This document shows, one piece after another, positions 17,706 through 25,435 of a DNA stretch of 33,141 nt. Every line of letters starts with the position of its first letter. Position 1 is the stretch's first letter. Made by a program: the position numbers and the translations under genes. The DNA is from an uncultured Kiritimatiellota bacterium (lineage in GTDB: Bacteria > Verrucomicrobiota > Kiritimatiellia > RFP12 > UBA1067): positions 1 through 33,141 of the forward strand of contig CAKULR010000001.1 in the NCBI GenBank assembly GCA_934667295.1, given 5' to 3'. The notes below the pieces were generated by a model, which was not told the DNA's origin, searched no databases, and saw only the letters and a program-made list of their open reading frames with translations.

Positions 17706-18101
17706 TCAGAACGGAAGGTCGTCGGGATCGCTCGCCGCCGCGGCGGAAGCCTCCATCGCCGGGGCCTCGGCGGGGGCGGGGACCGGCTCGGTGGACGAAC
17801 CGTCGCCGTTCAGCACCTCGATCTTCCAGCCCGTGAGGTCCGTGAAGTAGCGCGTTCCGTTCGGGCCGTCCCAGCGGCGGCCGTCAATCGTGAAGTTGAC
17901 CTTGACCCGGTCGCCCTTCTTCACCGCGTCGCACAGCGCGCAGCGCTCCTTCTTGAAGGTGAAGAGGACGGGGTTCGGGTACTTGTTCATGGAATCCACG
18001 TCATTGCCGACGACGAGTTCCCGTTTCGTGAAGCCATTCGTGCCAAAGGCCTTCGTCTCGCCGACCAACTCGACGACGCCCGTGTAGTCATACGTTGTCA
18101 T
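17706..18101 (-). CDS. DUF3127-like OB-fold protein with an SSB-type acidic C-terminal tip (DPDDLPF)
   Basis: The track ORF is 17706..18500. I start at ATG 18101 (MTTYDYTGVVELVGETKAFG), which is preceded by AAGGAG. The core ...YPNPVLFTFKKERC...GDRVKVNFTIDGRRWDGPNGTRYFTDLTGWKIEV resembles DUF3127. A Pro/Ala linker then ends in DDLPF. Confidence 0.65.
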   Translation of the reverse strand: MTTYDYTGVVELVGETKAFGTNGFTKRELVVGNDVDSMNKYPNPVLFTFKKERCALCDAVKKGDRVKVNFTIDGRRWDGPNGTRYFTDLTGWKIEVLNGDGSSTEPVPAPAEAPAMEASAAAASDPDDLPF

Positions 18102-18127
18102 GTCTGCTCCTTGTGTCCTGACGCCGT

Positions 18128-18631
18128 TCATTCTATCAAATCGGCCCCTTGTCCGCAAGATGGCGACGGCAAGAGGGGCGGCGAACGCCGCCCGGACTTC
18201 AACCGGTCGATCCGGTTCGTCCCCCCGGGCCAGACCTTGTCCCTCTCCACAAACCAAACCACGCGCCTCATGTTCTTCTCGGCATAGGCATAGAGCTGCC
18301 GTGCGCCGAGCACCTGGACCGTCGTCGTTTGCGAGCCCCCCTTGACCGGTTCCCGATTGGCCAGGTAGCGCGCAAGATTGTTTCGGGCATCCATGGACGC
18401 CTCGCGATAGAGTTCGGAATCCTTCTCCGCGAATGCCCCCGTGAAGCATTGTTCGGCTTCGCCGTTGTACACATAGCCAACCCGACCACCGACGGTACAT
18501 TCCAGTACGTTCCCGGGAACAAAGACCGCCGGATGCGTTCGCCGTGCGACCTCCAAAGGGCCCAGGTCACACTGCGCAAGCACCGGGAGACCTCCTCCCA
18601 TCAGGCAGATCCATGCGTAAACGGCTTTCAT
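18128..18631 (-). CDS. Exported protein H of the envelope operon, remote LPP20-like
   Basis: The signal peptide is MKAVYAWICLMGGGLPVLAQC. The segment ELYREASMDARNNLARYLANRE...TTTVQVLGARQLYAYAE echoes the DAR...AKA.L.KFL helix plus beta-strand pattern of genes F and G. The SD is GAGGGGAG. Confidence 0.55.
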   Translation of the reverse strand: MKAVYAWICLMGGGLPVLAQCDLGPLEVARRTHPAVFVPGNVLECTVGGRVGYVYNGEAEQCFTGAFAEKDSELYREASMDARNNLARYLANREPVKGGSQTTTVQVLGARQLYAYAEKNMRRVVWFVERDKVWPGGTNRIDRLKSGRRSPPLLPSPSCGQGADLIE

Positions 18632-18653
18632 TCAACCCTGCTCCCCTCGTAAT

Positions 18654-18681
18654 GCCTACAGGAAGTGACCTTCCTGTAGGC
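18654..18681 (-). other. Perfect 12-bp intercistronic stem-loop between operon genes G and H
   Basis: The sequence is GCCTACAGGAAG-TGAC-CTTCCTGTAGGC. No U-tract follows on the coding strand. Confidence 0.75.
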
Positions 18682-18691
18682 GCCCCTCCCC

Positions 18692-19363
18692 CTAGAAATC
18701 CGTATCGGCCTGACGTGTGGCACCTGTGTTCGGTTGATTGGGCAATACGGCGGATCCCGCCGTTCCCGCTTCCCCAACCGCCGCATCGCGGTTCTGCAGA
18801 CTCTGATTGATGCCCTGGGCCGCCATCTGCGCCGCCCTGAGCGTCTTCGAACTCACGCCGACCGTGACCTGAACCTCACCGCCGTTGCCGCGCGGCACCT
18901 TCTGGTCCTTCAGCGTGATCACGCCCGTCAGGATCGCCTCGGACGCGCTGCGGATCGACTCGGTGGCGGTTTTCACCGACTCCTTGCTGACGGCGATCTT
19001 CTGGACCTGCCCATCGGAAGTCATGGATTTCGACTTCCGGGAGACTTCCTCAAGTCCCTCGCTGGACGCGACCTTCTCCTTGAGGAACTTGGAGAGGTTC
19101 GCCTTGGCGCGCATTGTGCCGTCACGCCGGGCATCCTTGACATCATCGGGGTCGTTGAAGTCGTAGATTCCCGTACCACGGGCGAAGATCTGGAACGAGC
19201 CATCCGGCTTGATCGTAATCGCCACGCCGTCGGGCTGGTCAAGTTCGGCCTGTACGGCCGCGTTCCCGGCATTCGCCTGAAGCTGCAGGTCCTGTGCCGC
19301 CTGTGCAAAAGCACCCTGCACGAGCAACATGCCGCTCGCCACGGCGATCATGAGTTTCTTCAT
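18692..19363 (-). CDS. Exported LPP20/FlgP-like protein G (223 aa), paralogue of the N-terminal domain of gene F
   Basis: The signal peptide is MKKLMIAVASGMLLVQGAFA. The segment GTGIYDFNDPDDVKDARRDGTMRAKANLSKFLKEKVASSEGLEE...ESIRSASEAILTGVITLKDQKVP...VQVTVGVSSKT aligns by hand to gene F, with about two thirds of positions identical. Confidence 0.7.
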   Translation of the reverse strand: MKKLMIAVASGMLLVQGAFAQAAQDLQLQANAGNAAVQAELDQPDGVAITIKPDGSFQIFARGTGIYDFNDPDDVKDARRDGTMRAKANLSKFLKEKVASSEGLEEVSRKSKSMTSDGQVQKIAVSKESVKTATESIRSASEAILTGVITLKDQKVPRGNGGEVQVTVGVSSKTLRAAQMAAQGINQSLQNRDAAVGEAGTAGSAVLPNQPNTGATRQADTDF

Positions 19364-19407
19364 TGTCGTATCCTTCCTGTTTTCCTGGTGTTGTTTTCCG
19401 GGATGGA

Positions 19408-20919
19408 CTACTTCTGTCCAATCCAGGTCTCGATTGGTTCGGCAAGCTTGCCGAGTGCCGCCTGAAGGAGGTCGGCGTCCTCATCTTCGGCAAGGAGCCC
19501 CTTGATTTCGTCATTGTCGAGTGTAAGCGTAATTGCGTCGGACTTCACGGCCTGACCGTTCCGCGCGTTCATGAGTGCGACGTCGAGCTTGATCGTCATC
19601 TTGTAGACAGAACCGAACTTCTTGGTCTTCCTGTCCTGCCCGAGTTTTTTGGAATACTTGATATCCCTGATTTCGGTCCGCAGGGTGAAGTCCGGCGTGA
19701 GTCCCGCCCCCGCCAGCATGAGTTCCGAGGCGTTGGAGAGGCCCGCCTCCACCATTACGTCCGTCGTCACCTTGTTCTCGATGACCGTACCGAGCGACTT
19801 GTCGTTGAGGATGAGGAACTTGTTCGCCTTCGCGAGGCCATTCGGCAACGCGAACTGGACAGCCTTGGCAACCTCCGCGCCCGACATACGCACCTTGGGA
19901 CCCAACTGGTAAATCGCCGAACGATCCTCGACGGTCATCGTGGGGCGGCAGACCATCAGCGCCACCGTACCACCCGCACGCGGGTTGACGATAAAGGCGT
20001 AGACCGTCGCCTCCTGTCCACCGTCTTTCGGCACGACCTGAATGACGCGATACTCGCGCACGAACCCCGCCGTCTTCGTCAGCGTTGAGGATGCCTGCTC
20101 CTTGACCGAGGTCTTCATCGTCGCGCTTACCGGCTTGTCCAGCAAAGTGGCATTCGTCTTGATCTTCTTCATGCGTTCACTCATGCGCTCGTCGTTCTGG
20201 ATCAGCTGTCCATACACCTGCGAAATACCCTCCACGAGCGCCTGCTGTACGGCCGTCTTGCGCTCGGATCCAACACCTACGCAGACAATCCACCCCTCCG
20301 GCACGGGCGGCAGTCCCTCCGGCGGCGTCGCGATGCCCGTCCCAATCGGTGCCGCCGCACCGTCCTCCGATGCGGTGGCGGCCGTACCGCGACTGGACAA
20401 CGCCCCCGCGATGCCGTTCGCGGCCGCCGTGGCGGCGGCCGTCGTCTTCGAGCTCACGCCGACCATCACCTTGTAGGAACCGCCGCTGCCGCTGGGGACC
20501 TTAGCGTCCGCCAGGACGACGACGCCCGTCAACAACGCGCTCGCGGACGAACGGATCGACTCCAGCGTTGTCTTGACGCTCGTCTTGGAAACGCCCGTCG
20601 TCTGGGTCTCCCCGTCGGACGAAACGTTCTTGATCTTCTTGGACGCCTCTTCCAGGCCCTCCTGGGACGCAATGTCCTCCTTCAAGAACTTGGCGAGCGT
20701 GGCCTTTGCGCGCTTTTCGGCCTCGCTGCGGGCGTCCTTGATGTCGTCCGGGTCGTTGAAGTCGTACGTCCCCGTGCCGACGGCCGTAATCTGATAGCCT
20801 CCGTCGGGGAACAACTTGACTGCGGCGCCGTCCGGTGCGTCCGCGATGTTCTGTCCCGCCGCGAAAACCCCGCCGGCCAAAACCAGCGAAAGTCCGAGCA
20901 TGTGGATTCTGAAACTCAT
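19408..20919 (-). CDS. Exported three-module protein F (503 aa): two LPP20-like domains plus a C-terminal CsgG/LpoB-like alpha/beta module
   Basis: The signal peptide is MSFRIHMLGLSLVLAGGVFA. Domain 1 is GTGTYDFNDPDDIKDARSEAEKRAKATLAKFLKE...YKVMVGVSSKT. Domain 2 is WIVCVGVGSERKTAVQQALVEGISQVYGQLIQ...REYRVIQVVPKDGGQEATVYAFIV. The tail is VALMVCRPT...LAKANKFLILNDKSLGTVIENK...PDFTLRTEIRDIKY...MTIKLDVALMNARNGQAV, and its pattern is like the CsgG/LpoB/TolB-N fold. Domain calls are by motif resemblance only. Confidence 0.6.
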   Translation of the reverse strand: MSFRIHMLGLSLVLAGGVFAAGQNIADAPDGAAVKLFPDGGYQITAVGTGTYDFNDPDDIKDARSEAEKRAKATLAKFLKEDIASQEGLEEASKKIKNVSSDGETQTTGVSKTSVKTTLESIRSSASALLTGVVVLADAKVPSGSGGSYKVMVGVSSKTTAAATAAANGIAGALSSRGTAATASEDGAAAPIGTGIATPPEGLPPVPEGWIVCVGVGSERKTAVQQALVEGISQVYGQLIQNDERMSERMKKIKTNATLLDKPVSATMKTSVKEQASSTLTKTAGFVREYRVIQVVPKDGGQEATVYAFIVNPRAGGTVALMVCRPTMTVEDRSAIYQLGPKVRMSGAEVAKAVQFALPNGLAKANKFLILNDKSLGTVIENKVTTDVMVEAGLSNASELMLAGAGLTPDFTLRTEIRDIKYSKKLGQDRKTKKFGSVYKMTIKLDVALMNARNGQAVKSDAITLTLDNDEIKGLLAEDEDADLLQAALGKLAEPIETWIGQK

Positions 20920-20934
20920 GGTCTTCCCTCTTGA

Positions 20935-21423
20935 TTATTGAATGATCTTCATGCGAAGCCGGAAATCCGCACAGTCCGTCTTCGGGGCAATCGACGTAAA
21001 CGTGCCGTCGTCACCTGGAATCAGGGTCGTCTTCTCCCAGCCGTCATGGTCGGGATCCTGTACGACGACACCGGCGGCGTCCTGCCAGTCGAAGCGGTAA
21101 CGTGTACGGATGGGTGCCGTCGTCAGGTTCTTGACGAGTACCTGGACACGTGCGTAGCCGTCATTCGTCCGTGAACGGCGGATGTCCTGGACGGCGACCC
21201 ACTGCGGTTGAATACCGTCCAGAATGACCTGCCGATACGCGGCATGGTCGATGGCGGCGACCGGCGCGGCCGTCGCATAGGAGTTGACCTGTGGGACGTA
21301 CACGGGCTGCACGGGTTCAGGTTCCACGGATACGGACACGGCGGGCTGCGCCTCCTCGGAGGCGCAGCCCGCCACGAGGAACACACAGCCCAACAGGATG
21401 CTCGGCACTCTAAATACGTACAT
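20935..21423 (-). CDS. YcfL/DUF1425-family lipoprotein E (162 aa)
   Basis: The track ORF begins at 21474. The ATG at 21423 gives MYVFRVPSILLGCVFLVAGCAS (lipobox VAGC). The family-like core is ARVQVLVKNLTTAPIRTRYRFDWQDAAGVVV...WEKTTLIPGDDGTFTSIAPKTDCADFRLRMK. The start lies 2 nt after the stop of gene D. Confidence 0.7.
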   Translation of the reverse strand: MYVFRVPSILLGCVFLVAGCASEEAQPAVSVSVEPEPVQPVYVPQVNSYATAAPVAAIDHAAYRQVILDGIQPQWVAVQDIRRSRTNDGYARVQVLVKNLTTAPIRTRYRFDWQDAAGVVVQDPDHDGWEKTTLIPGDDGTFTSIAPKTDCADFRLRMKIIQ

Positions 21424-21425
21424 GG

Positions 21426-22685
21426 CTATTTCCCGATGGTGACGGTGAGCGTGTCGCCGTTCTTCTTCGCCCATTCGTCCGTGATCTCAATGTCGTCACC
21501 CAAGAACTCGGGCAGGATCTCGGACACCTTTCCCCAGACGTCGTCGAGGTCGCCGAAGTCCTTGCTCGGCACGACCACGCAGGAAAGCGAGTCCTTGACC
21601 ACCTTGGTCTGCTTGGTCAGCCCTGCGGAGACGAGCGCCTTCTTGAGGCCGTTGCGCACCTTGATCTTGATCTTCCTGTCAACCTGGGAACAGTTGATGA
21701 CGAGCTTCATCGGGCCTTTCGGACGCGCGGCGGCGTTCCGCATGGATTTGACGGTGTGGTTGAGCTTTTCGCCCATCCCCTCGCCGTTCAGAAGCGCGAA
21801 CATCGCGCGCTCGACGCACGTACCGAAGTCCGCCATCACCATGTCGGGCTTGCGGTTGCGCGTGATCTGCTGGAAATCGCGCGTTCCGACGTTGATTGTC
21901 TTGTTGGCCGCGAGGTTCTTGAAGTTCAGCGCAACCGTCGTGCGGATCGCCCCCGTATCCGCGTCGAACGCGAGTGCGTCGATGCGGTAGTAGAGGGCGA
22001 TGGCATCGGGATTGTTCTCCTGTACCGTGCGAAGGAAATCAGGCGTCCGGGTGAAGCCCTTCGTGTCGCCGTTGACATTGTAGCTCACGCCCACGAGCAC
22101 GGGATCCGTCTTCTTCATGTCCTCGTAGTTCTCGTTGTCCTCAAGGAGGATGACCGAGAAACCGAATTCACCGACTTTCTTGACGAGCGCGTCGCGGATA
22201 CGCCGCTGGAACATGTTGTAGCGCGTGAAGAAGAAATTCCCCACCTCGTCCCCCAGCTGCATCTGTCCGACATCCGGCGGTTCCTCCATGACGAAGATCT
22301 CCAGCGAGCCCGCGTCGCCGACGGCGTTGAGGTCGATCCCCTCGCCCTCCAGCCATTTCGCGAGATCCGTCTGCTTGATTGTCACGGTGTAGGAACACGT
22401 CAGTTCGCCATCCTCGTACTCCTGTTCGTCCGCCTCGATGTCCTCGACGAACTTCGCATAGGACGACATGGCCTCGTCGATGACCTTGTCCGTGATGGCC
22501 GCATTGCCCATCTTGACGAGATACTTCTTCACGGCGGTTTTCTTGCCCTGTACCTCGCACTGCTTCCTCAGCGCGGAATTGTTGTCGCCGGCGACCGACA
22601 CCTTGACGGTCACCTCCTCGTCACCCGCAAGGGCCGTGAACGACAAAGCGCACACGGCCATGAGCATTCTTACCATTCTCTTCAT
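21426..22685 (-). CDS. Exported protein D (419 aa), multi-domain, unknown function
   Basis: The signal peptide is MKRMVRMLMAVCALSFTALA. The N-terminal segment LRKQCEVQGKKTAVKKYLVKM...ELTCSYTVTIKQ is vaguely LPP20-like. I recognise nothing in the rest. Confidence 0.6.
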   Translation of the reverse strand: MKRMVRMLMAVCALSFTALAGDEEVTVKVSVAGDNNSALRKQCEVQGKKTAVKKYLVKMGNAAITDKVIDEAMSSYAKFVEDIEADEQEYEDGELTCSYTVTIKQTDLAKWLEGEGIDLNAVGDAGSLEIFVMEEPPDVGQMQLGDEVGNFFFTRYNMFQRRIRDALVKKVGEFGFSVILLEDNENYEDMKKTDPVLVGVSYNVNGDTKGFTRTPDFLRTVQENNPDAIALYYRIDALAFDADTGAIRTTVALNFKNLAANKTINVGTRDFQQITRNRKPDMVMADFGTCVERAMFALLNGEGMGEKLNHTVKSMRNAAARPKGPMKLVINCSQVDRKIKIKVRNGLKKALVSAGLTKQTKVVKDSLSCVVVPSKDFGDLDDVWGKVSEILPEFLGDDIEITDEWAKKNGDTLTVTIGK

Positions 22686-22721
22686 GTGATCATCCTTTCC
22701 TGAGTACGTGTAGACTTGCGA

Positions 22722-22759
22722 GAGGTCCTGTAGAACCTGGCGCCGTTCTACAAGACCTC
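22722..22759 (-). other. 15-bp intercistronic stem-loop between operon genes C and D
   Basis: The sequence is GAGGTCCTGTAGAAC-CTGGCGCC-GTTCTACAAGACCTC with one mismatch. It sits in the only long (93-nt) gap of the operon's upstream half. Confidence 0.7.
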
Positions 22760-22778
22760 GTGTTCAACCTATCCGGCG

Positions 22779-24308
22779 TCAGTCGAGTTTCGCCTTCTTC
22801 GCCGCCTTGTTCCGGGCCTTCTGCGTCTGCTTGAGCTTGGCCGCCTCGCCCAGCGACAGATAGACACGCGAGAGACCGAGCGCAGAATCGAGAGAAGGCT
22901 TCACGTTGAAGGCGAAGCGATAGTAGTCCATCGCCTCGTCCATGCGCTGTGTTGCCTCATTGCAGATGCCGAGCGCGTAGAAGTAGGCGTCCAGGTCCTC
23001 ATCCGCAAGGTACTCGAACATCTTGTCGTTGACTTCCTCGATCTTCTCGCTCGAATCGGGGACGGGGTAGGAAACCGCTTCGCCGAGTTCGGGAAGGTCG
23101 CGGGCCAGCTTCTCGCAGATCTGCCGCCCCATCTTCTGCCGGAGCGTGTAGAGCGCGTAATCCCGGGCCGACTTGAACGCCCCGTTCCTGAGCAGGTTTT
23201 CGAGGCGCGCGTCGCCGAGGTCGGCGGGGACGTCAAACGTCGCCTTGGAGGGCGCGAACTTGGCGACCAGGCCTTTCGAGATGGAAGAGGCCAGCATGAG
23301 CTTCGCCTGCAGTTCCGTCGGCATGGAGACCGTCTCCTGCGTCAGGATGAGCTTTCCGTTGGCGTCGACCCTGCGGTTCGACTTCGGCGTCTCCTCCTCC
23401 TTCTTCGTTTCCTCCTCCTTCTTGTCGCCAAGCATCCCGCCGCCAAGCGCCCCCATGCCGGACAGTCCACCCGTCAATCCAGACGTCAGGGAGGAGGCCA
23501 TCTCGTCCGCGGCCTTGCCGACGTCGGCCATCGACAGCGTCTGCGGCACGAACATGTCCTCGTAGGCCGTGGTGGTCTTCTCGTCCTTGCCCGTCGCCTG
23601 GAGGCGCGTGACGGCGTTGTCGTCCTTCACGCCCACGCTCGCGCAATCGAGCTTCATCTCGCCGTTCATGAGCGTGAAGCCCTGGTTCGTGACCTGGTAC
23701 GTGTCGGTGATCTTGACGATGTTGCCGCTCTGCTCCAGACGGTAGACGGAAAGCGTGAGCATCAACGTCGCATTGCGCACGCGGTAGTCGAGCATCCTGA
23801 TCACGTCCTTGCGCTGCGTCGTGACGTGCGCGACGGCCTGCTCGTCCTTGCCCGTGAGCGGATTCTTCTTCGTGTACGGCACGTTGTTCCACGATTCAAG
23901 CGTGAACTTGTGCGGATACTGCCCCTTCGCCTCGGGGGTGACCGCCCACCAGAGGCGCCCGTAGACAATCGCGTCAAACCGTTTCTTCGGCGTTACGTTC
24001 TCGGCATCGTGGATGTCCTTCTCGATGTCCATGTCGACGATCTGGTACATCGGCGAGGCGTAGAACGCCGACGCCACCGCGCGCTTGACAAGCGCACACG
24101 TCTCCGCATCCGCCGCCATCACGCCCGTGAAGGCATCGCCCTTGAGCGAGTTGAAGTCCGCAAGCGCGATCTTGCTCACGCCGTTGAGCTTCACTTCGCC
24201 CGACACGTTCATCGTGATCGGAATCGTCGGCGTCGAGCAGCCGGCAATCATCGTCGCTACCAGGCCGGCGACCGCAGCCACCCTGAAAATCGTCATATCC
24301 AGTTTCAT
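22779..24308 (-). CDS. Lipoprotein C (509 aa): CsgG/LpoB-like N-terminal region, Gly/Lys/Glu-rich linker, TPR-like helical tail
   Basis: The lipobox is in MKLDMTIFRVAAVAGLVATMIAGCS. The N-terminal part has KIALADFNS...LVKRAVASAFYASPMYQIVD...DAIVYGRLW and NATLMLTLSVYRLEQSGNIV. The linker is GLSGMGALGGGMLGDKKEEETKKEEE. The tail is AYFYALGICNEATQRMDEAMDYYRFAFNVKPSLDSALGLSRVYLSLGE. Confidence 0.6.
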   Translation of the reverse strand: MKLDMTIFRVAAVAGLVATMIAGCSTPTIPITMNVSGEVKLNGVSKIALADFNSLKGDAFTGVMAADAETCALVKRAVASAFYASPMYQIVDMDIEKDIHDAENVTPKKRFDAIVYGRLWWAVTPEAKGQYPHKFTLESWNNVPYTKKNPLTGKDEQAVAHVTTQRKDVIRMLDYRVRNATLMLTLSVYRLEQSGNIVKITDTYQVTNQGFTLMNGEMKLDCASVGVKDDNAVTRLQATGKDEKTTTAYEDMFVPQTLSMADVGKAADEMASSLTSGLTGGLSGMGALGGGMLGDKKEEETKKEEETPKSNRRVDANGKLILTQETVSMPTELQAKLMLASSISKGLVAKFAPSKATFDVPADLGDARLENLLRNGAFKSARDYALYTLRQKMGRQICEKLARDLPELGEAVSYPVPDSSEKIEEVNDKMFEYLADEDLDAYFYALGICNEATQRMDEAMDYYRFAFNVKPSLDSALGLSRVYLSLGEAAKLKQTQKARNKAAKKAKLD

Positions 24309-24325
24309 CGTCTCAATCCCTTCTC

Positions 24326-25417
24326 TTACTTCGAGAACTTGGTGTCCTTGTTCTGCTTCGCGCCCGATTCCTTCACGGCGCGCCTGCCGGCCAACGTGTC
24401 CAGCACGCGCTGGTGCCCGGCCTTGGCGGTCGGCGATCCGGGATCGGCCTTCATCGCCTTCGCATAGACGTCGCGCGCGCTGAAGAAGTCGCCCATGGCC
24501 TCATGCGCGATCGCGAGGTTTTCAAGGTCGGCGGCTTTCGCCCGTCCCGCGACCTCCAGCTTTTCAACGACCGACACGACCTCCGGAAACGCCTTGGCGT
24601 TCAGGAGGTGGACGACGCGCTCGTCTCCACCCTCGATGGCGACCAGTTCGCGGGTCACCTTGTACGGCGAGATGTCCGCGACAATCCCGTTCACCGCCGG
24701 CGTGACGGCGGCGGCAAGCGCCTTGAGCTGCGACGGCTCGGCGGCGTCGAAGCGGTCCGCCTCCGGCATCGAGATCTGGAAGTCGTTCGCGTACGGCAGA
24801 GGCGGTTCGGTACCGTTCGGACCGACGAACTTCGCCTTGAGCGTGCCTTTGGCGACGACTTCGTAGACCGTAACCTCCTGCTTCACCTGCTCGACGACCG
24901 TGGCCTTCACGTCCGGTTCGCTCGTCGGCACGTCCTTGACCTTCTTCGGCTTGTAGGGGACCGTGGTCAACGTGAAGGGAATCTCCCTCTTGACGGGCTT
25001 CGCGTCCAGCGCCAAGTCGAGCGTGACGTCGATCACGACCTTTTCCGCGCCCTGTCCCATCGCCGCGAGGCCTGCGTAGCCGTGGCCGGAATCCCTGTCC
25101 TTGACCATCTTCTCCAGTTCGCCGGCACCCTCCGCAGTGGACCAGATGTCGTCCGCCACCCGGTAGTACCCTTCCTTGTACAGGCGCATGGCCAGCAGCT
25201 GCTTGACCAGGCCGGCGTTCCGCCTGTTGTCGCCGGCCAGATTGCCCGTGACATTGGCCTTGACCCGGATGGCCGCCACGTTCACCTTGCCGACGTCCTG
25301 GACGGCCTTCGCCGGCATGACGTAATCGACCATGATCTTCTCGGACGCGCATCCACCCAGAAACGCAATCATCCCGGTCACCAGACCGAACGCACCGATC
25401 TTCACAATGCTCTTCAT
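24326..25417 (-). CDS. Lipoprotein B (363 aa): CsgG/LpoB-like N-terminal region and TPR-like tail
   Basis: The lipobox is in MKSIVKIGAFGLVTGMIAFLGGCAS. The N-terminal part is VAAIRVKANVTGNLAGDNRRNAGLVKQLLAMRLYKEGYYRV. The tail is LENLAIAHEAMGDFFSARDVYAKAMKADPGSPTA. The SD is AGGAAGGTGA. Confidence 0.6.
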   Translation of the reverse strand: MKSIVKIGAFGLVTGMIAFLGGCASEKIMVDYVMPAKAVQDVGKVNVAAIRVKANVTGNLAGDNRRNAGLVKQLLAMRLYKEGYYRVADDIWSTAEGAGELEKMVKDRDSGHGYAGLAAMGQGAEKVVIDVTLDLALDAKPVKREIPFTLTTVPYKPKKVKDVPTSEPDVKATVVEQVKQEVTVYEVVAKGTLKAKFVGPNGTEPPLPYANDFQISMPEADRFDAAEPSQLKALAAAVTPAVNGIVADISPYKVTRELVAIEGGDERVVHLLNAKAFPEVVSVVEKLEVAGRAKAADLENLAIAHEAMGDFFSARDVYAKAMKADPGSPTAKAGHQRVLDTLAGRRAVKESGAKQNKDTKFSK

Positions 25418-25435
25418 CGTCTCATCACCTTCCTG

